DNA of 64,000 nt from Spirochaetia bacterium (GTDB taxonomy: Bacteria; Spirochaetota; Spirochaetia; DSM-2461). Positions 11,218 through 20,072 of the stretch are shown piece after piece. Position 1 is the first letter of the stretch. Each line of letters opens with the position of its first letter. The stretch lies in the NCBI GenBank assembly GCA_963668315.1, contig OY764216.1, forward strand, positions 1,952,001 to 2,016,000, given 5' to 3'. The translations under genes and the position numbers were made by a program. Under the pieces are notes generated by a model. That model did not search any database. It was not told where the DNA came from and saw only the letters and a list, made by a program, of their open reading frames with translations.

Positions 11218-11289
11218 GAGCCGTGAAGGGATCGAACCTTCGACCCACAGATTAAGAGTCTGTTGCTCTGCCAGCTGAGCTAACGGCCC
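11217..11289 (-). tRNA. tRNA-Lys (CTT)
   Basis: GGGCCGTTAGCTCAG...; anticodon arm ACAGA-CTCTTAA-TCTGT; GGTTCGATCC. Confidence 0.95.
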
Positions 11290-11300
11290 ATGAAAAAAAT

Positions 11301-11330
11301 ATACTACAGTAGATGCGGTGCACCTGTCAA
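11301..11330 (-). promoter_or_regulatory. Internal sigma70 promoter for tRNA-Lys/Leu
   Basis: TTGACA (11330-11325), 18 bp, TAGTAT (11306-11301), about 12 nt before tRNA-Lys. Confidence 0.55.
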
Positions 11331-11404
<74 letters not shown>

Positions 11405-11414
11405 TCCCGCAAGG

Positions 11415-11488
11415 GGTGAATGACGGGACTCGAACCCGCGACAATCAGAACCACAATCTGACGCTCTACCAACTGAACTACATTCACC
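11415..11488 (-). tRNA. tRNA-His (GTG)
   Basis: G-1 encoded (GGTGAATG...CATTCACC); anticodon arm TCAGA-TTGTGGT-TCTGA. Confidence 0.95.
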
Positions 11489-11500
11489 GCGCGCTGGATG

Positions 11501-11529
11501 ATATTATTAGAAATCGTTTTTTTTGTCAA
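11501..11529 (-). promoter_or_regulatory. sigma70 promoter of the His-Arg-Lys-Leu tRNA cluster
   Basis: TTGACA (11529-11524), 17 bp, TAATAT (11506-11501). Confidence 0.7.
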
Positions 11530-11604
11530 TAAATATATCTGAATATTTTGACTTTTTTTAAATCACCCCCTGTCCGGCCTTTTTCTCCCGATTTTCCGAC
11601 CGGA

Positions 11605-12096
11605 TCATTCCGGGTAGACGAGCCGGCTTTTATCGGCTTTGTTCAATACTTCTCCCAGGAATTTGTCACTTTCGAATTTGGCCATGGGAAGGTCCATGGA
11701 AAGATAGTGTCCGCACTCCACGGCCGAGGCTCCCGGGATCTTTCCTTCGAAGTCCGCCATGAATCGGTACATCTCTTTTAAAAGATCCACAATCTCGCTT
11801 GATTCAAGATCTCCCTTAAGGAGGAGGTAGAAACCTGTCTGGCAGCCCATGGGACCGAAATAGATGGTTTTATCAGCCCAGGTGGGATGGTTTCTCAGGA
11901 AGGTGGCGCCTAGATGCTCGATGGCATGCATGATGGCGCAGTCCATCACCGGTTCCCTGTTGGGTCTTTTCATCCTTATATCAAAGGTGGTTACTGTTTC
12001 CGATCCCACTTCGTCTTTTCTAGAGACATAAACGCCTCTTCTCAGTTTATTATGATCGACGGAAAAACTTGCGATCCGTTCCATATTATCCGACAT
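11605..12096 (-). CDS. luxS: S-ribosylhomocysteine lyase (AI-2 synthase)
   Basis: SFSVDH, HAIEH metal motif, GPMGCQTGFY, ECGHY; AGGAGG RBS. Confidence 0.96.
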   Translation of the reverse strand: MSDNMERIASFSVDHNKLRRGVYVSRKDEVGSETVTTFDIRMKRPNREPVMDCAIMHAIEHLGATFLRNHPTWADKTIYFGPMGCQTGFYLLLKGDLESSEIVDLLKEMYRFMADFEGKIPGASAVECGHYLSMDLPMAKFESDKFLGEVLNKADKSRLVYPE

Positions 12097-12354
12097 GTTT
12101 TTTTCCTCCTGCCTATGGATATTAAGTATACCAATTCGAAAGAAAAAATCAAATAAGAAATGGTATGTTCTCTCCCGGGGAACATCAAAGGGTAAACGTG
12201 ATAATGCTGATAGGAGATGAGGTCCAGGGAGAATGAAAAATCCCGGCCGAAAGACTTATCGTTAGAATACTAAAAAAAGAATGATGTGATAATAGGAGGT
12301 GTGTGAGGTGAATATCCTCTGTATCCGGAAAATATGGGCTGAGATACGTCAATG

Positions 12355-12383
12355 TTGACAGATTTAACCCTTAGTGTTATAAA
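12355..12383 (+). promoter_or_regulatory. Near-consensus sigma70 promoter with extended -10 for the BCCT operon
   Basis: TTGACA (12355-12360), 17 bp, TGn-TATAAA (12375-12383). Confidence 0.75.
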
Positions 12384-12412
12384 TAAAATAATTTCATAAA
12401 AGGAGCTTTTCT

Positions 12413-14041
12413 ATCAGAGTTAGCAAAAATGAAAAAAAACTGTCACTGGATCTGCACCCCGTCGTATTTTATACTTCCGCAGCCATCATTATAGGGTTTG
12501 TTATCTTTTCCGTACTGTTCAACCAATCCCTGGGTAATATCTTTAATCCCCTGCTTAACGGGATTTCTACAAACGCAGGGTGGTTTTTCACCCTTTCAAT
12601 TAATTTCATACTTCTTTTTATTCTCTACCTGATGTTCAGCCAATACGGTAATATCCGTCTGGGCGGCGATGATGCTGAACCGGAGTTCAGCACGATGAGC
12701 TGGTTCGCCATGCTTTTTTCCGCCGGCATGGGAATCGGACTTCTTTTTTACGGCGTAGCCGAACCTATGTTCCATTTTATCCACCCCCCCGTACCATCCG
12801 GAACTGCGGCCGAGACGGCAAGAAGAGCCATGGGGTTTACCTTTCTTCACTGGGGACTTCATCCCTGGGCCGTTTATGCCCTGGTCGCCCTGGCACTCGC
12901 CTTTTTCAGCTTCAACAAGGGGCAGCCCCTGTCCATCAGATCGATTTTCTACCCCCTTCTGGGTGACCGGATTAATGGCGGTTGGGGAAATCTTATCGAT
13001 ATTCTGGCCACAGTCGCCACTCTCTTCGGCGTCGCCACATCCCTGGGATTCGGTGTTCAGCAGATAAATGCCGGTCTGAATCACCTCATCGGTCTGCAGC
13101 AGAATTCCCTTGTGCAGCTTCTTCTGATCGCCGGCATCACGACCATAGCCACTATTTCTGTTGTCAGAGGTCTGGACGGGGGAATCAAAAAATTGTCGGA
13201 AATAAATATCTGGCTGGCCATGGGACTGCTGCTGTTCGTGCTTCTGACAGGGCCGACACTCTTTATCTTCAACGGATTTCTGGAGAATATTGGAGCTTAT
13301 CTGCAGAACTTTTCTCAGATGGCCACCTGGAACGAGACTTTCGAGAACACCAGCTGGCAGAACTCCTGGACTGTGTTCTATTGGGCCTGGTGGATCGCCT
13401 GGTCTCCCTTTGTGGGGATGTTTATCGCCCGGGTCTCCCGGGGCAGGACCATTCGGGAATTTCTCATGGGTGTTCTGGCCGTGCCGACCCTGGTTACCTT
13501 CCTGTGGATGACGGTTTTCGGGAACTCCGCCCTTTATATCGAGCTGTTCAAAGACGGCGGACTGGCAGAGGCGGTCACCGAGAATGTTCCCCTCTCCCTT
13601 TTTCTTCTGCTGGAGCATTTTCCTTTGACGCCGGTCACCTCCGTTCTGGGGGTTCTGGTGGTTATCAGCTTCTTCGTGACCTCATCCGATTCGGGTTCCA
13701 TGGTTATTGATATTATTACGGCCGGGGGAAATCCCGATCCTCCCATTCCCCAGAGGCTTTTCTGGGCTATCCTGGAGGGGGTTGTGGCGGCTGCTCTGCT
13801 TCTCAGCGGAGGTCTGGAGGCTTTACAGTCCGCCGTAATTACCACCGGTCTGCCCTTCGCCGCCGTTCTTCTCCTTCTCTGTTTCAGTCTGAAGAAGGGA
13901 TTGAACGAGTACACCGGCGTGCAGACTTTCACGTTGAAGACCGGGAAGGTTAAACCCCATCGTTTTCAAATTGAGAGCGGTGAGGCTCCCTTCGTGAAAT
14001 TCAAGAAGAAACCCCGGAAGAAGGAGGAGGAGAATGTATAA
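12413..14041 (+). CDS. BCCT family (betaine/choline/carnitine) transporter; true start lies upstream of the first in-frame ATG at 12632
   Basis: SWFAMLFSAGMGIGL, HWGLHPWAVY and WTVFYWAWWIAWSPFVGMFIARVSRGRT motifs; frame open from 12392 and encodes two further TM helices (HPVVFYTSAAIII..., GWFFTLSINF...); AAGGAG lies 7 nt before ATC 12413. Confidence 0.9.
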   Translation: MRVSKNEKKLSLDLHPVVFYTSAAIIIGFVIFSVLFNQSLGNIFNPLLNGISTNAGWFFTLSINFILLFILYLMFSQYGNIRLGGDDAEPEFSTMSWFAMLFSAGMGIGLLFYGVAEPMFHFIHPPVPSGTAAETARRAMGFTFLHWGLHPWAVYALVALALAFFSFNKGQPLSIRSIFYPLLGDRINGGWGNLIDILATVATLFGVATSLGFGVQQINAGLNHLIGLQQNSLVQLLLIAGITTIATISVVRGLDGGIKKLSEINIWLAMGLLLFVLLTGPTLFIFNGFLENIGAYLQNFSQMATWNETFENTSWQNSWTVFYWAWWIAWSPFVGMFIARVSRGRTIREFLMGVLAVPTLVTFLWMTVFGNSALYIELFKDGGLAEAVTENVPLSLFLLLEHFPLTPVTSVLGVLVVISFFVTSSDSGSMVIDIITAGGNPDPPIPQRLFWAILEGVVAAALLLSGGLEALQSAVITTGLPFAAVLLLLCFSLKKGLNEYTGVQTFTLKTGKVKPHRFQIESGEAPFVKFKKKPRKKEEENV

Positions 14042-14714
14042 GAATATCAGTCAGAAATTCTCGGGCAGCTGTTTTCTGCTGGTGCGCCAGAGGGAAGATT
14101 CCGTACTGTTCCTCGGAACAGCCTTTGTTATCCATGAGGAGGGCTACCTTCTGACCACGTCCCATCTGCTCGAAGATAATTACGATGGGCTCATGGCCGC
14201 CCGGCCGAACAACCCCGAAGAGTTTTCTCCCCTGAGCATGGAGACCGTCTCGGCCATTCCGCTGGACGTAATCAAGGTTGACCATAAGGATAACACCGCT
14301 CTTCTCAAGTTCGCCCGGAACATGAAGATCGAGACTCCCGACCATCTGGTGGGGGCGCCGGAAAATGTTCTGCTGGGAAGTTCCGTGCTCTGTTTCGGAT
14401 TTCCCTTCGGCCATCGGGATCTCCACAATCTGGCCGTTCAGAGTTCCGTCGTGAGCTCAAAAGTCTCCCTGTCCGACAGGACGAATCTTTTTCTTATTGA
14501 TACGACGATCCATGCGGGTATGGCCGGAGGACCCCTGGTTAACAGGGATGACGGAAGGGTTATCGGCATTCTGACAGGCCGCTTCCTTCCCCTGGAAGAG
14601 GGGGGGGATTTTGTCAGGGAAGATCATCCCGATTACGAAACGAGCTTCAGCTACGCCGTCTCCATAGAGTACGGAAGGAAAATGCTGGAAGATCTGGGAC
14701 GGGAAATATCCTAG
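14034..14714 (+). CDS. Trypsin-like (S1/Trypsin_2) fold protein with degenerate catalytic triad
   Basis: GTAFVI..GYLLTTSH, NTALLK, GFPFG and GMAGGPLVN..GRVIGI motifs; catalytic Ser position is Ala; overlaps the BCCT stop. Confidence 0.8.
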   Translation: MYKNISQKFSGSCFLLVRQREDSVLFLGTAFVIHEEGYLLTTSHLLEDNYDGLMAARPNNPEEFSPLSMETVSAIPLDVIKVDHKDNTALLKFARNMKIETPDHLVGAPENVLLGSSVLCFGFPFGHRDLHNLAVQSSVVSSKVSLSDRTNLFLIDTTIHAGMAGGPLVNRDDGRVIGILTGRFLPLEEGGDFVREDHPDYETSFSYAVSIEYGRKMLEDLGREIS

Positions 14715-15541
14715 TTCTCCTCTTTCGGTGATGGAGCTTCGTCTATGGTTATTTTCGGATAGGGAATAGCCATATTGAGATTTCTCATCTCGCTGAGGAT
14801 CTCCTTGGAGACCTTGTTTCTTACATTTCTGTAGTCCTCTTTGAGAAACCAGACGCCGAAGGTCAGTTCCACACCTCTCTCATTAAACTCCTTAAGCAGA
14901 AAAAAGGGTTCCGGTTCGTCCAGAACAAGGGGATTGCGGAGGGCCATCTCTCGCAGGACCACCTCCAGGCTGTCCAGATCATCCCCGTAGGAGACGGTAA
15001 AGGTGAAGTCCATCCGGCGCAGGGGGAAACGGGTAATATTGATCACTTCGGAGGAAATAATGACTTCGTTGGGGATACGCACGAGCATGTTGTCGAATGT
15101 CTTGATCTTGACGGCCAAGAGGTCCACATCAAGCACGGTTCCGACCCGGCCCCCGATATTCACCGCATCGCCCACTTCAAAGGGCCGTTCCGAGAGGAGG
15201 AAGAATCCGCTTACCATATTCCCGATGCTTTTCTGGCTGGCCACTCCCAGGGCGATACCCAGGATTCCGGCTGCTCCCAGTAGGGCGGTGATATTGACTC
15301 CCAGTTCGGAGAGCACGGCAAAGCACAGAATGGTCATGCCCGTATAGGTGATGATTTTATTGACGATCATCCCGGACTGGCGGCTGACCCTCTTTATCGT
15401 GAATCTGTTGACCAGGGTGACGATGAGCCTAATGAGAAGGAAGCCTACGACAAGAAAGATCAGGGCGCGGCTGATATGATGAAAATTTTCCGATGAGAAG
15501 ACTTTTTTAAGAACTTCGTTATTCTTCCAATCCTGAAACAT
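14711..15541 (-). CDS. mscS: Small-conductance mechanosensitive channel (MscS family)
   Basis: TM3 LLGAAGILGIALGVASQ, RPFEVGD, IPNE..I.N.T, C-terminal IPYP. Confidence 0.9.
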   Translation of the reverse strand: MFQDWKNNEVLKKVFSSENFHHISRALIFLVVGFLLIRLIVTLVNRFTIKRVSRQSGMIVNKIITYTGMTILCFAVLSELGVNITALLGAAGILGIALGVASQKSIGNMVSGFFLLSERPFEVGDAVNIGGRVGTVLDVDLLAVKIKTFDNMLVRIPNEVIISSEVINITRFPLRRMDFTFTVSYGDDLDSLEVVLREMALRNPLVLDEPEPFFLLKEFNERGVELTFGVWFLKEDYRNVRNKVSKEILSEMRNLNMAIPYPKITIDEAPSPKEEN

Positions 15542-15552
15542 CCTTGATCCCC

Positions 15553-16302
15553 TTAAAAACTGGTCAGGGATTTTAAAAAGTAAAAACTTTTTCTAAGTCC
15601 CATGGTGTCCCTTTTAATCTGGGGGCCTGAGAAGAGATTCCCCCTGTCTCCGGCTTCCCCCTGCGCTCCCACGCTTACCTGGCTTATCTGATCCATCCCC
15701 CGGAATTTCACGGTGACTTCATCGGACTGAAAACAGCCGTCCTTCCAGTAAAGGGAGTATTGGGAAACGCGCAGAAGGAGTCTCTGAAAATGAAGAAGTT
15801 CGGGGGAGGTGTTGAAGATGGTGAGAGGGCAGGCGGCTTTCCAGGAGCAGTCCTCCTTTTCCATATGGTCAAGGGAGAAAGAGAGGGAGTACGCCGGTTC
15901 CCCCGCTTCCGGTTCGCCGAACCAGGTCTTGGACAGGTTGGTCAGGGGGTAGCGTATCAGTTCCTGGTATTTGCCCCGGGATCCCCGTACCGCCAGCGCC
16001 GGAATGAGGGGCAGGGACACGGACATGGATATTTTTTCCCGCGGAGCGATGATAAGCGTATGGTCCATGCGGAGCATGACGGGCAGCTCAGGAAGAAGGG
16101 GGATGAAGTAGACCGGTCGTCTTTCGTCTACAAAGAAGACGCTCAGGGAGTCCGGAACGGCATTTCCCGATTCATCTCTCAGGGTACACTCTATGCTGTC
16201 CCTGCTGCGGGAGAAGGCAATGCTTCCCCCCTCGGGTAACTCCAGGGTCCCGTGTTTTTTTTCCAGAGGACCGAATCGGCCCGCTTTTACAATCATTTCC
16301 AT
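15553..16302 (-). CDS. DUF432-like protein, co-transcribed with mscS
   Basis: P.LPELPV.LR and LSKTWFG..P..GE..Y, ACPLTIFN motifs recalled for DUF432; ATG 16302 with GGAAGGG RBS; 11 bp from mscS. Confidence 0.65.
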   Translation of the reverse strand: MEMIVKAGRFGPLEKKHGTLELPEGGSIAFSRSRDSIECTLRDESGNAVPDSLSVFFVDERRPVYFIPLLPELPVMLRMDHTLIIAPREKISMSVSLPLIPALAVRGSRGKYQELIRYPLTNLSKTWFGEPEAGEPAYSLSFSLDHMEKEDCSWKAACPLTIFNTSPELLHFQRLLLRVSQYSLYWKDGCFQSDEVTVKFRGMDQISQVSVGAQGEAGDRGNLFSGPQIKRDTMGLRKSFYFLKSLTSF

Positions 16303-16321
16303 GGATCCATCCCTTCCGTAA

Positions 16322-17065
16322 TTATGGACCACATGGATAAGAATGACAACTCCCTTCCCCTGGGGGCCCACTCAGGTGAAGAACGGCGGCGATGGAGGAG
16401 AAATCCTCAGGCCAGGGAGCTTCCACGAGGACTGTTTTGCTTGTCCATGGGTGGGGAAACTCGATTTTACGTCCATGAAGTAGGAGTCTCCCGTTGCCGC
16501 CGAACTCCCGGAGTATGGTGTTATGTCTGAGATCGCCGTGAGCCGTGTCTCCGATGATGGGATGACCGATACGGGCCAGATGGCGGCGCAGCTGATGGTA
16601 GCGGCCTGTCACGGGCTCGGCTTCAACCAGGGCGTAGCGGGAAGTGGGGAAGCGGTTGTTGGCTACGGGGATCTCACCTTTCGAGAGGAGAACATACCGT
16701 GTCAGAGCTTCCTGCTCCTCCCGGCTGCCCCTGGATACTTTACCCTGTTTGTACTTCTGCAGGGGAAGATCAATCTCGCCTGTCTCGCCGGGCCAGCCCC
16801 GCACGATGGCATGATAGCGTTTGTGTATCTTTCCTTCCAGGAAATATCCGCTGAGGATGCGGGCCGTTTCTCCGTCATTAGCGCAGAGGATCACTCCCGA
16901 TGCGGGTCTGTCCAGTCTATGCACCGGGCTGGGCGGGGATTCGAACTGCTCCCTGAGGCGGTCCACAAGGGAGTCGGTGTCGGAAGAGAGGGGGGAGCGG
17001 TGCACGATCAGTCCGGAAGGCTTGCTGATGAGGGTGATCCACTGGTCGCGGTAAAGTATTTCCAT
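16322..17065 (-). CDS. RluA/TruC-family RNA pseudouridine synthase
   Basis: SKPSGLIVH, VHRLDRPASG (catalytic Asp), TGRYHQLRRHL, HPIIGD..HG, LLLH. Confidence 0.92.
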   Translation of the reverse strand: MEILYRDQWITLISKPSGLIVHRSPLSSDTDSLVDRLREQFESPPSPVHRLDRPASGVILCANDGETARILSGYFLEGKIHKRYHAIVRGWPGETGEIDLPLQKYKQGKVSRGSREEQEALTRYVLLSKGEIPVANNRFPTSRYALVEAEPVTGRYHQLRRHLARIGHPIIGDTAHGDLRHNTILREFGGNGRLLLHGRKIEFPHPWTSKTVLVEAPWPEDFSSIAAVLHLSGPPGEGSCHSYPCGP

Positions 17066-17072
17066 GGAGCGT

Positions 17073-17102
17073 ATTGTAGAGCATGGGGGAGATTGCTGGC
17101 AA
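17073..17102 (-). promoter_or_regulatory. sigma70 promoter (leaderless geometry) for the pseudouridine synthase operon
   Basis: TTGCCA (17102-17097), 18 bp, TACAAT (17078-17073), 7 nt, ATG 17065. Confidence 0.55.
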
Positions 17103-17208
17103 GAGAGCGGATGAAAATAAAACGTCTGTGTAGCTTTTTAGGGGGTATGCCTACATCAATGTAAGAAATACCATGAGGAAAATATGGCCATATCCCCCGA
17201 AATCCCAT

Positions 17209-17224
17209 TGGCACACCTTTTGCT
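17209..17224 (+). promoter_or_regulatory. sigma54 (-24/-12) promoter
   Basis: TGGCAC-ACCTT-TTGCT, a perfect consensus, 22 nt before the ATG with AAGGAG RBS. Confidence 0.85.
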
Positions 17225-17246
17225 ATATCCAGGGTAAGGAGAAGAA

Positions 17247-18824
17247 ATGACTTCTTATGAGGAATCATTAACCCTGATTGGAAAATTGAGTCAGATTGTT
17301 CTGGAAGAGAAAAATCTTTTCCACAGCCTTCACGAAGCTCTGGGCCTGATGGCCGGCATGGTGGGGCTCAAGCGGAGCATGCTGACAATATATAACAGAA
17401 AAACGGGCAAAATTTACATAAAAGAGGCCGTAGGATACACCTACCAGGAAAAGGGAAAGGGAATATATTCCCCCGGAGAAGGGATAACCGGAAGGGTTGT
17501 CGAACGGGGGGAGCCGATCATTGTGGAAGATATCCATGATGATTCCCGGTTTCTCAACAGGACAGGCGGTTCCGATATGGAAGAGGAACACCTCTCTTTT
17601 GTGTGCGTGCCCATTAAGTCGGGAGAGAATGTCATTGGGACGCTAAGCGCTCAGATTCCGTTGGCAGCGGTGGAGGAATTGAAGAAAGTACAACACCTAA
17701 TGTCGATAGCGGGCACGATTATTTTTCATGCCGTGCTAAGGACCCAGGCCGAGGAAGAAGAGAAGCATGAACTGGAGGATGAAAACAGGAGACTCCAGGA
17801 GGCGTTAGGAGAGAGAACACAGCGGGGCAGTTCCGATATGGTAGGGAACTCCAAGGTAATGCAGCGGCTCATGCAGCTTTTAGGCAAGGTAGCCGCTACG
17901 GACGCCACGGTGCTCATCGAAGGAGAGAGCGGCGTGGGTAAAAGTCTTGTCGCCTGGGAGCTCCACCGGAACAGTCACCGCGCCGACGGTCCCTTTATCA
18001 AACTGAACTGCGCGGCTCTGCCTGAGTCGATTATCGAGAGCGAGCTGTTCGGTCATGAAAGGGGGGCCTTCACCGGAGCTCTGCAGCAGCGGAAGGGGCG
18101 ATTTGAACTGGCCGGAGGGGGAACGATTTTTCTTGATGAAATCGGGGAAATCAGTCTGGCCACTCAAGCCAAGCTGCTCAGAGTACTCCAGGAGGGGGAA
18201 TTCGAACGGGTCGGAGGCGTGGAAACTCTCATCACCGACGCCCGTGTGATCGCGGCTACCAACAAGAATCTTGAAGAGCAGGTGAGGCTGGGGAACTTCA
18301 GAGAAGACCTTTTCTACCGGCTTAATATTATTCCTGTTATGGTGCCCCCCCTCCGGGACCGGAAGAACGACATCGTTCTGCTGGCCGATCATTTCATCGA
18401 GAAAGCCAATAGGATGAATCAGAAGAGCGTTAACCGTATCTCCACACCGGCGATTGACATGCTCATGTCCTATCACTGGCCCGGCAACATCCGGGAACTG
18501 GAGCATGCCATAGAGCGGGCGGTCATTCTCACCGACGACAATACCATTCACGGTTATCATCTTCCCCCGTCCCTTCAGGTGCCGTCGGCGGCGCCGAGGC
18601 GCTTCGAGGAGGAGGGTACCCTGCAGCAGCGGCTGGAAGCGATCGAATACGAAATGATTATCGACGCTCTGAAAGCCACCCACGGGAATGCTTCCAAGGC
18701 GGCGGAGGTCCTGGGACTTACCAACCGGATGATGGGACTGCGTCTGAGCAAGTACGGCATCGACTACCGCAGTTTCCGCCATCCCGGCAAGGGCGAAGAG
18801 GAATCGGCTCTGTCAGCGGTCTGA
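17247..18824 (+). CDS. NifA-subfamily sigma54-dependent activator (GAF-AAA+-HTH)
   Basis: GAF (GEGITGRV, SFVCVPI), GESGVGKS, ESELFGHERGAFTGA, FREDLFYRLN, WPGNIREL, Fis-type HTH. Confidence 0.92.
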   Translation: MTSYEESLTLIGKLSQIVLEEKNLFHSLHEALGLMAGMVGLKRSMLTIYNRKTGKIYIKEAVGYTYQEKGKGIYSPGEGITGRVVERGEPIIVEDIHDDSRFLNRTGGSDMEEEHLSFVCVPIKSGENVIGTLSAQIPLAAVEELKKVQHLMSIAGTIIFHAVLRTQAEEEEKHELEDENRRLQEALGERTQRGSSDMVGNSKVMQRLMQLLGKVAATDATVLIEGESGVGKSLVAWELHRNSHRADGPFIKLNCAALPESIIESELFGHERGAFTGALQQRKGRFELAGGGTIFLDEIGEISLATQAKLLRVLQEGEFERVGGVETLITDARVIAATNKNLEEQVRLGNFREDLFYRLNIIPVMVPPLRDRKNDIVLLADHFIEKANRMNQKSVNRISTPAIDMLMSYHWPGNIRELEHAIERAVILTDDNTIHGYHLPPSLQVPSAAPRRFEEEGTLQQRLEAIEYEMIIDALKATHGNASKAAEVLGLTNRMMGLRLSKYGIDYRSFRHPGKGEEESALSAV

Positions 18825-20072
18825 TTTTCCTGTAAAGCTGCGCTGGAAATCCAGGCTCGAAGGAGTCTGGTAAACGGCCAGTCCGAAATAGGGGATCGCC
18901 GCCAGGACATGGTCGAATATATCCGCCTGGATGCCTTCGTAGTTCGCCCAGACCTGATCATTGGAGAAAACGTATATTTCCAGGGGAATCCCTTTGTCTG
19001 TCGGCTGGAGCTGACGGACCAGAAAGGTCATGGAATCATCAATCTTTGCGTGATTTTTCAGATAAGCCGAGAGATAGGCCCGGAAAATCCCCAGGTTGGT
19101 CATGCACCGTCCGTTGATAAGGTGGGCGGTATTCACGTTTTTTTCCCTGTTTTCCCTGTCTATTTCCTCCTTTTTCAGAGGAATGAACTCTTTTATCAGA
19201 TCAATTTTGCGTAAATCCTCCAGCATCTCTTCATTGCAGAAGGTCACGCTGTTCATATCTATGTTCACATGCCGCTTGATCCGGCGTCCCCCCGATTCGC
19301 TCATGCCCCGCCAGTTTCTGAAGGACGAGGAGACCAGACTGTATATGGGGAGGCTGACTATGGTCTTGTCGAAGTTCTGCACCGTGACGGTCTGGAGTTT
19401 GATATCGATAACGTCCCCGTCGGCCCCGTGTTCGGGAACGCTGATCCAGTCGCCTATGCGCACCATATCGTTGCCCGAGAGCTGGATGGCGGCGACAAGG
19501 CCCAGGATAGAATCCTTGAATACGAGCATAAGAACCGCCGAAAGGGCCCCTATGCCGGAAAGAAAACCCAGGGCCGAGCGGTTCATCAGCACGGAAACTA
19601 CAAGAATCATCGCCACAATAACGGCCAGGACGCGGATTATCTGGAGATAGCCTTTGATAGGGCGGTTTTTGGAAATCTCATAGGTGGTGTATATTCGGTT
19701 GACGCCCGTGAGAAACGTGTTGAAGAGGTCAAGGACGACGAGTATCAGATAGGCCAGCAGGACTCTCTGCAGGAATGTCTCCGCCATATCGGATTTCAGA
19801 AAGACCACGGGAAAGGAGAAATAGAGAAGCAGTCCCGGGACAATATGGGCCAGTTTGGCGAAAACTCCCGTGCCCATGAGGATATCGTCCCATCGGGTGG
19901 CCGTTTTTTTGACGATTTTCGTTAATACGGCTTCGATAATTTTCCGGGTGATGAAATTCACCGGGACAGCCAGCGCCAGAAGAGCGGCGAGGAGAATCAG
20001 CGTACTGAGAATCCCCGCCGGTACCTCATTCAATCCCAGTTCGACCAAAAGGGCGGTCAGTTTTATATCCAC
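18813..20072 (-). CDS. YbdG-like mechanosensitive channel (MscS family)
   Basis: LMLVFKDSILGLVAAIQLS, GADGDV.DI, FRNWRGMSESGGRRIKR, TNLGIFRAY, VRQLQPT; GTG 20072 with GGGAG RBS preferred over ATG 20141. Confidence 0.9.
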   Translation of the reverse strand: MDIKLTALLVELGLNEVPAGILSTLILLAALLALAVPVNFITRKIIEAVLTKIVKKTATRWDDILMGTGVFAKLAHIVPGLLLYFSFPVVFLKSDMAETFLQRVLLAYLILVVLDLFNTFLTGVNRIYTTYEISKNRPIKGYLQIIRVLAVIVAMILVVSVLMNRSALGFLSGIGALSAVLMLVFKDSILGLVAAIQLSGNDMVRIGDWISVPEHGADGDVIDIKLQTVTVQNFDKTIVSLPIYSLVSSSFRNWRGMSESGGRRIKRHVNIDMNSVTFCNEEMLEDLRKIDLIKEFIPLKKEEIDRENREKNVNTAHLINGRCMTNLGIFRAYLSAYLKNHAKIDDSMTFLVRQLQPTDKGIPLEIYVFSNDQVWANYEGIQADIFDHVLAAIPYFGLAVYQTPSSLDFQRSFTGKSDR

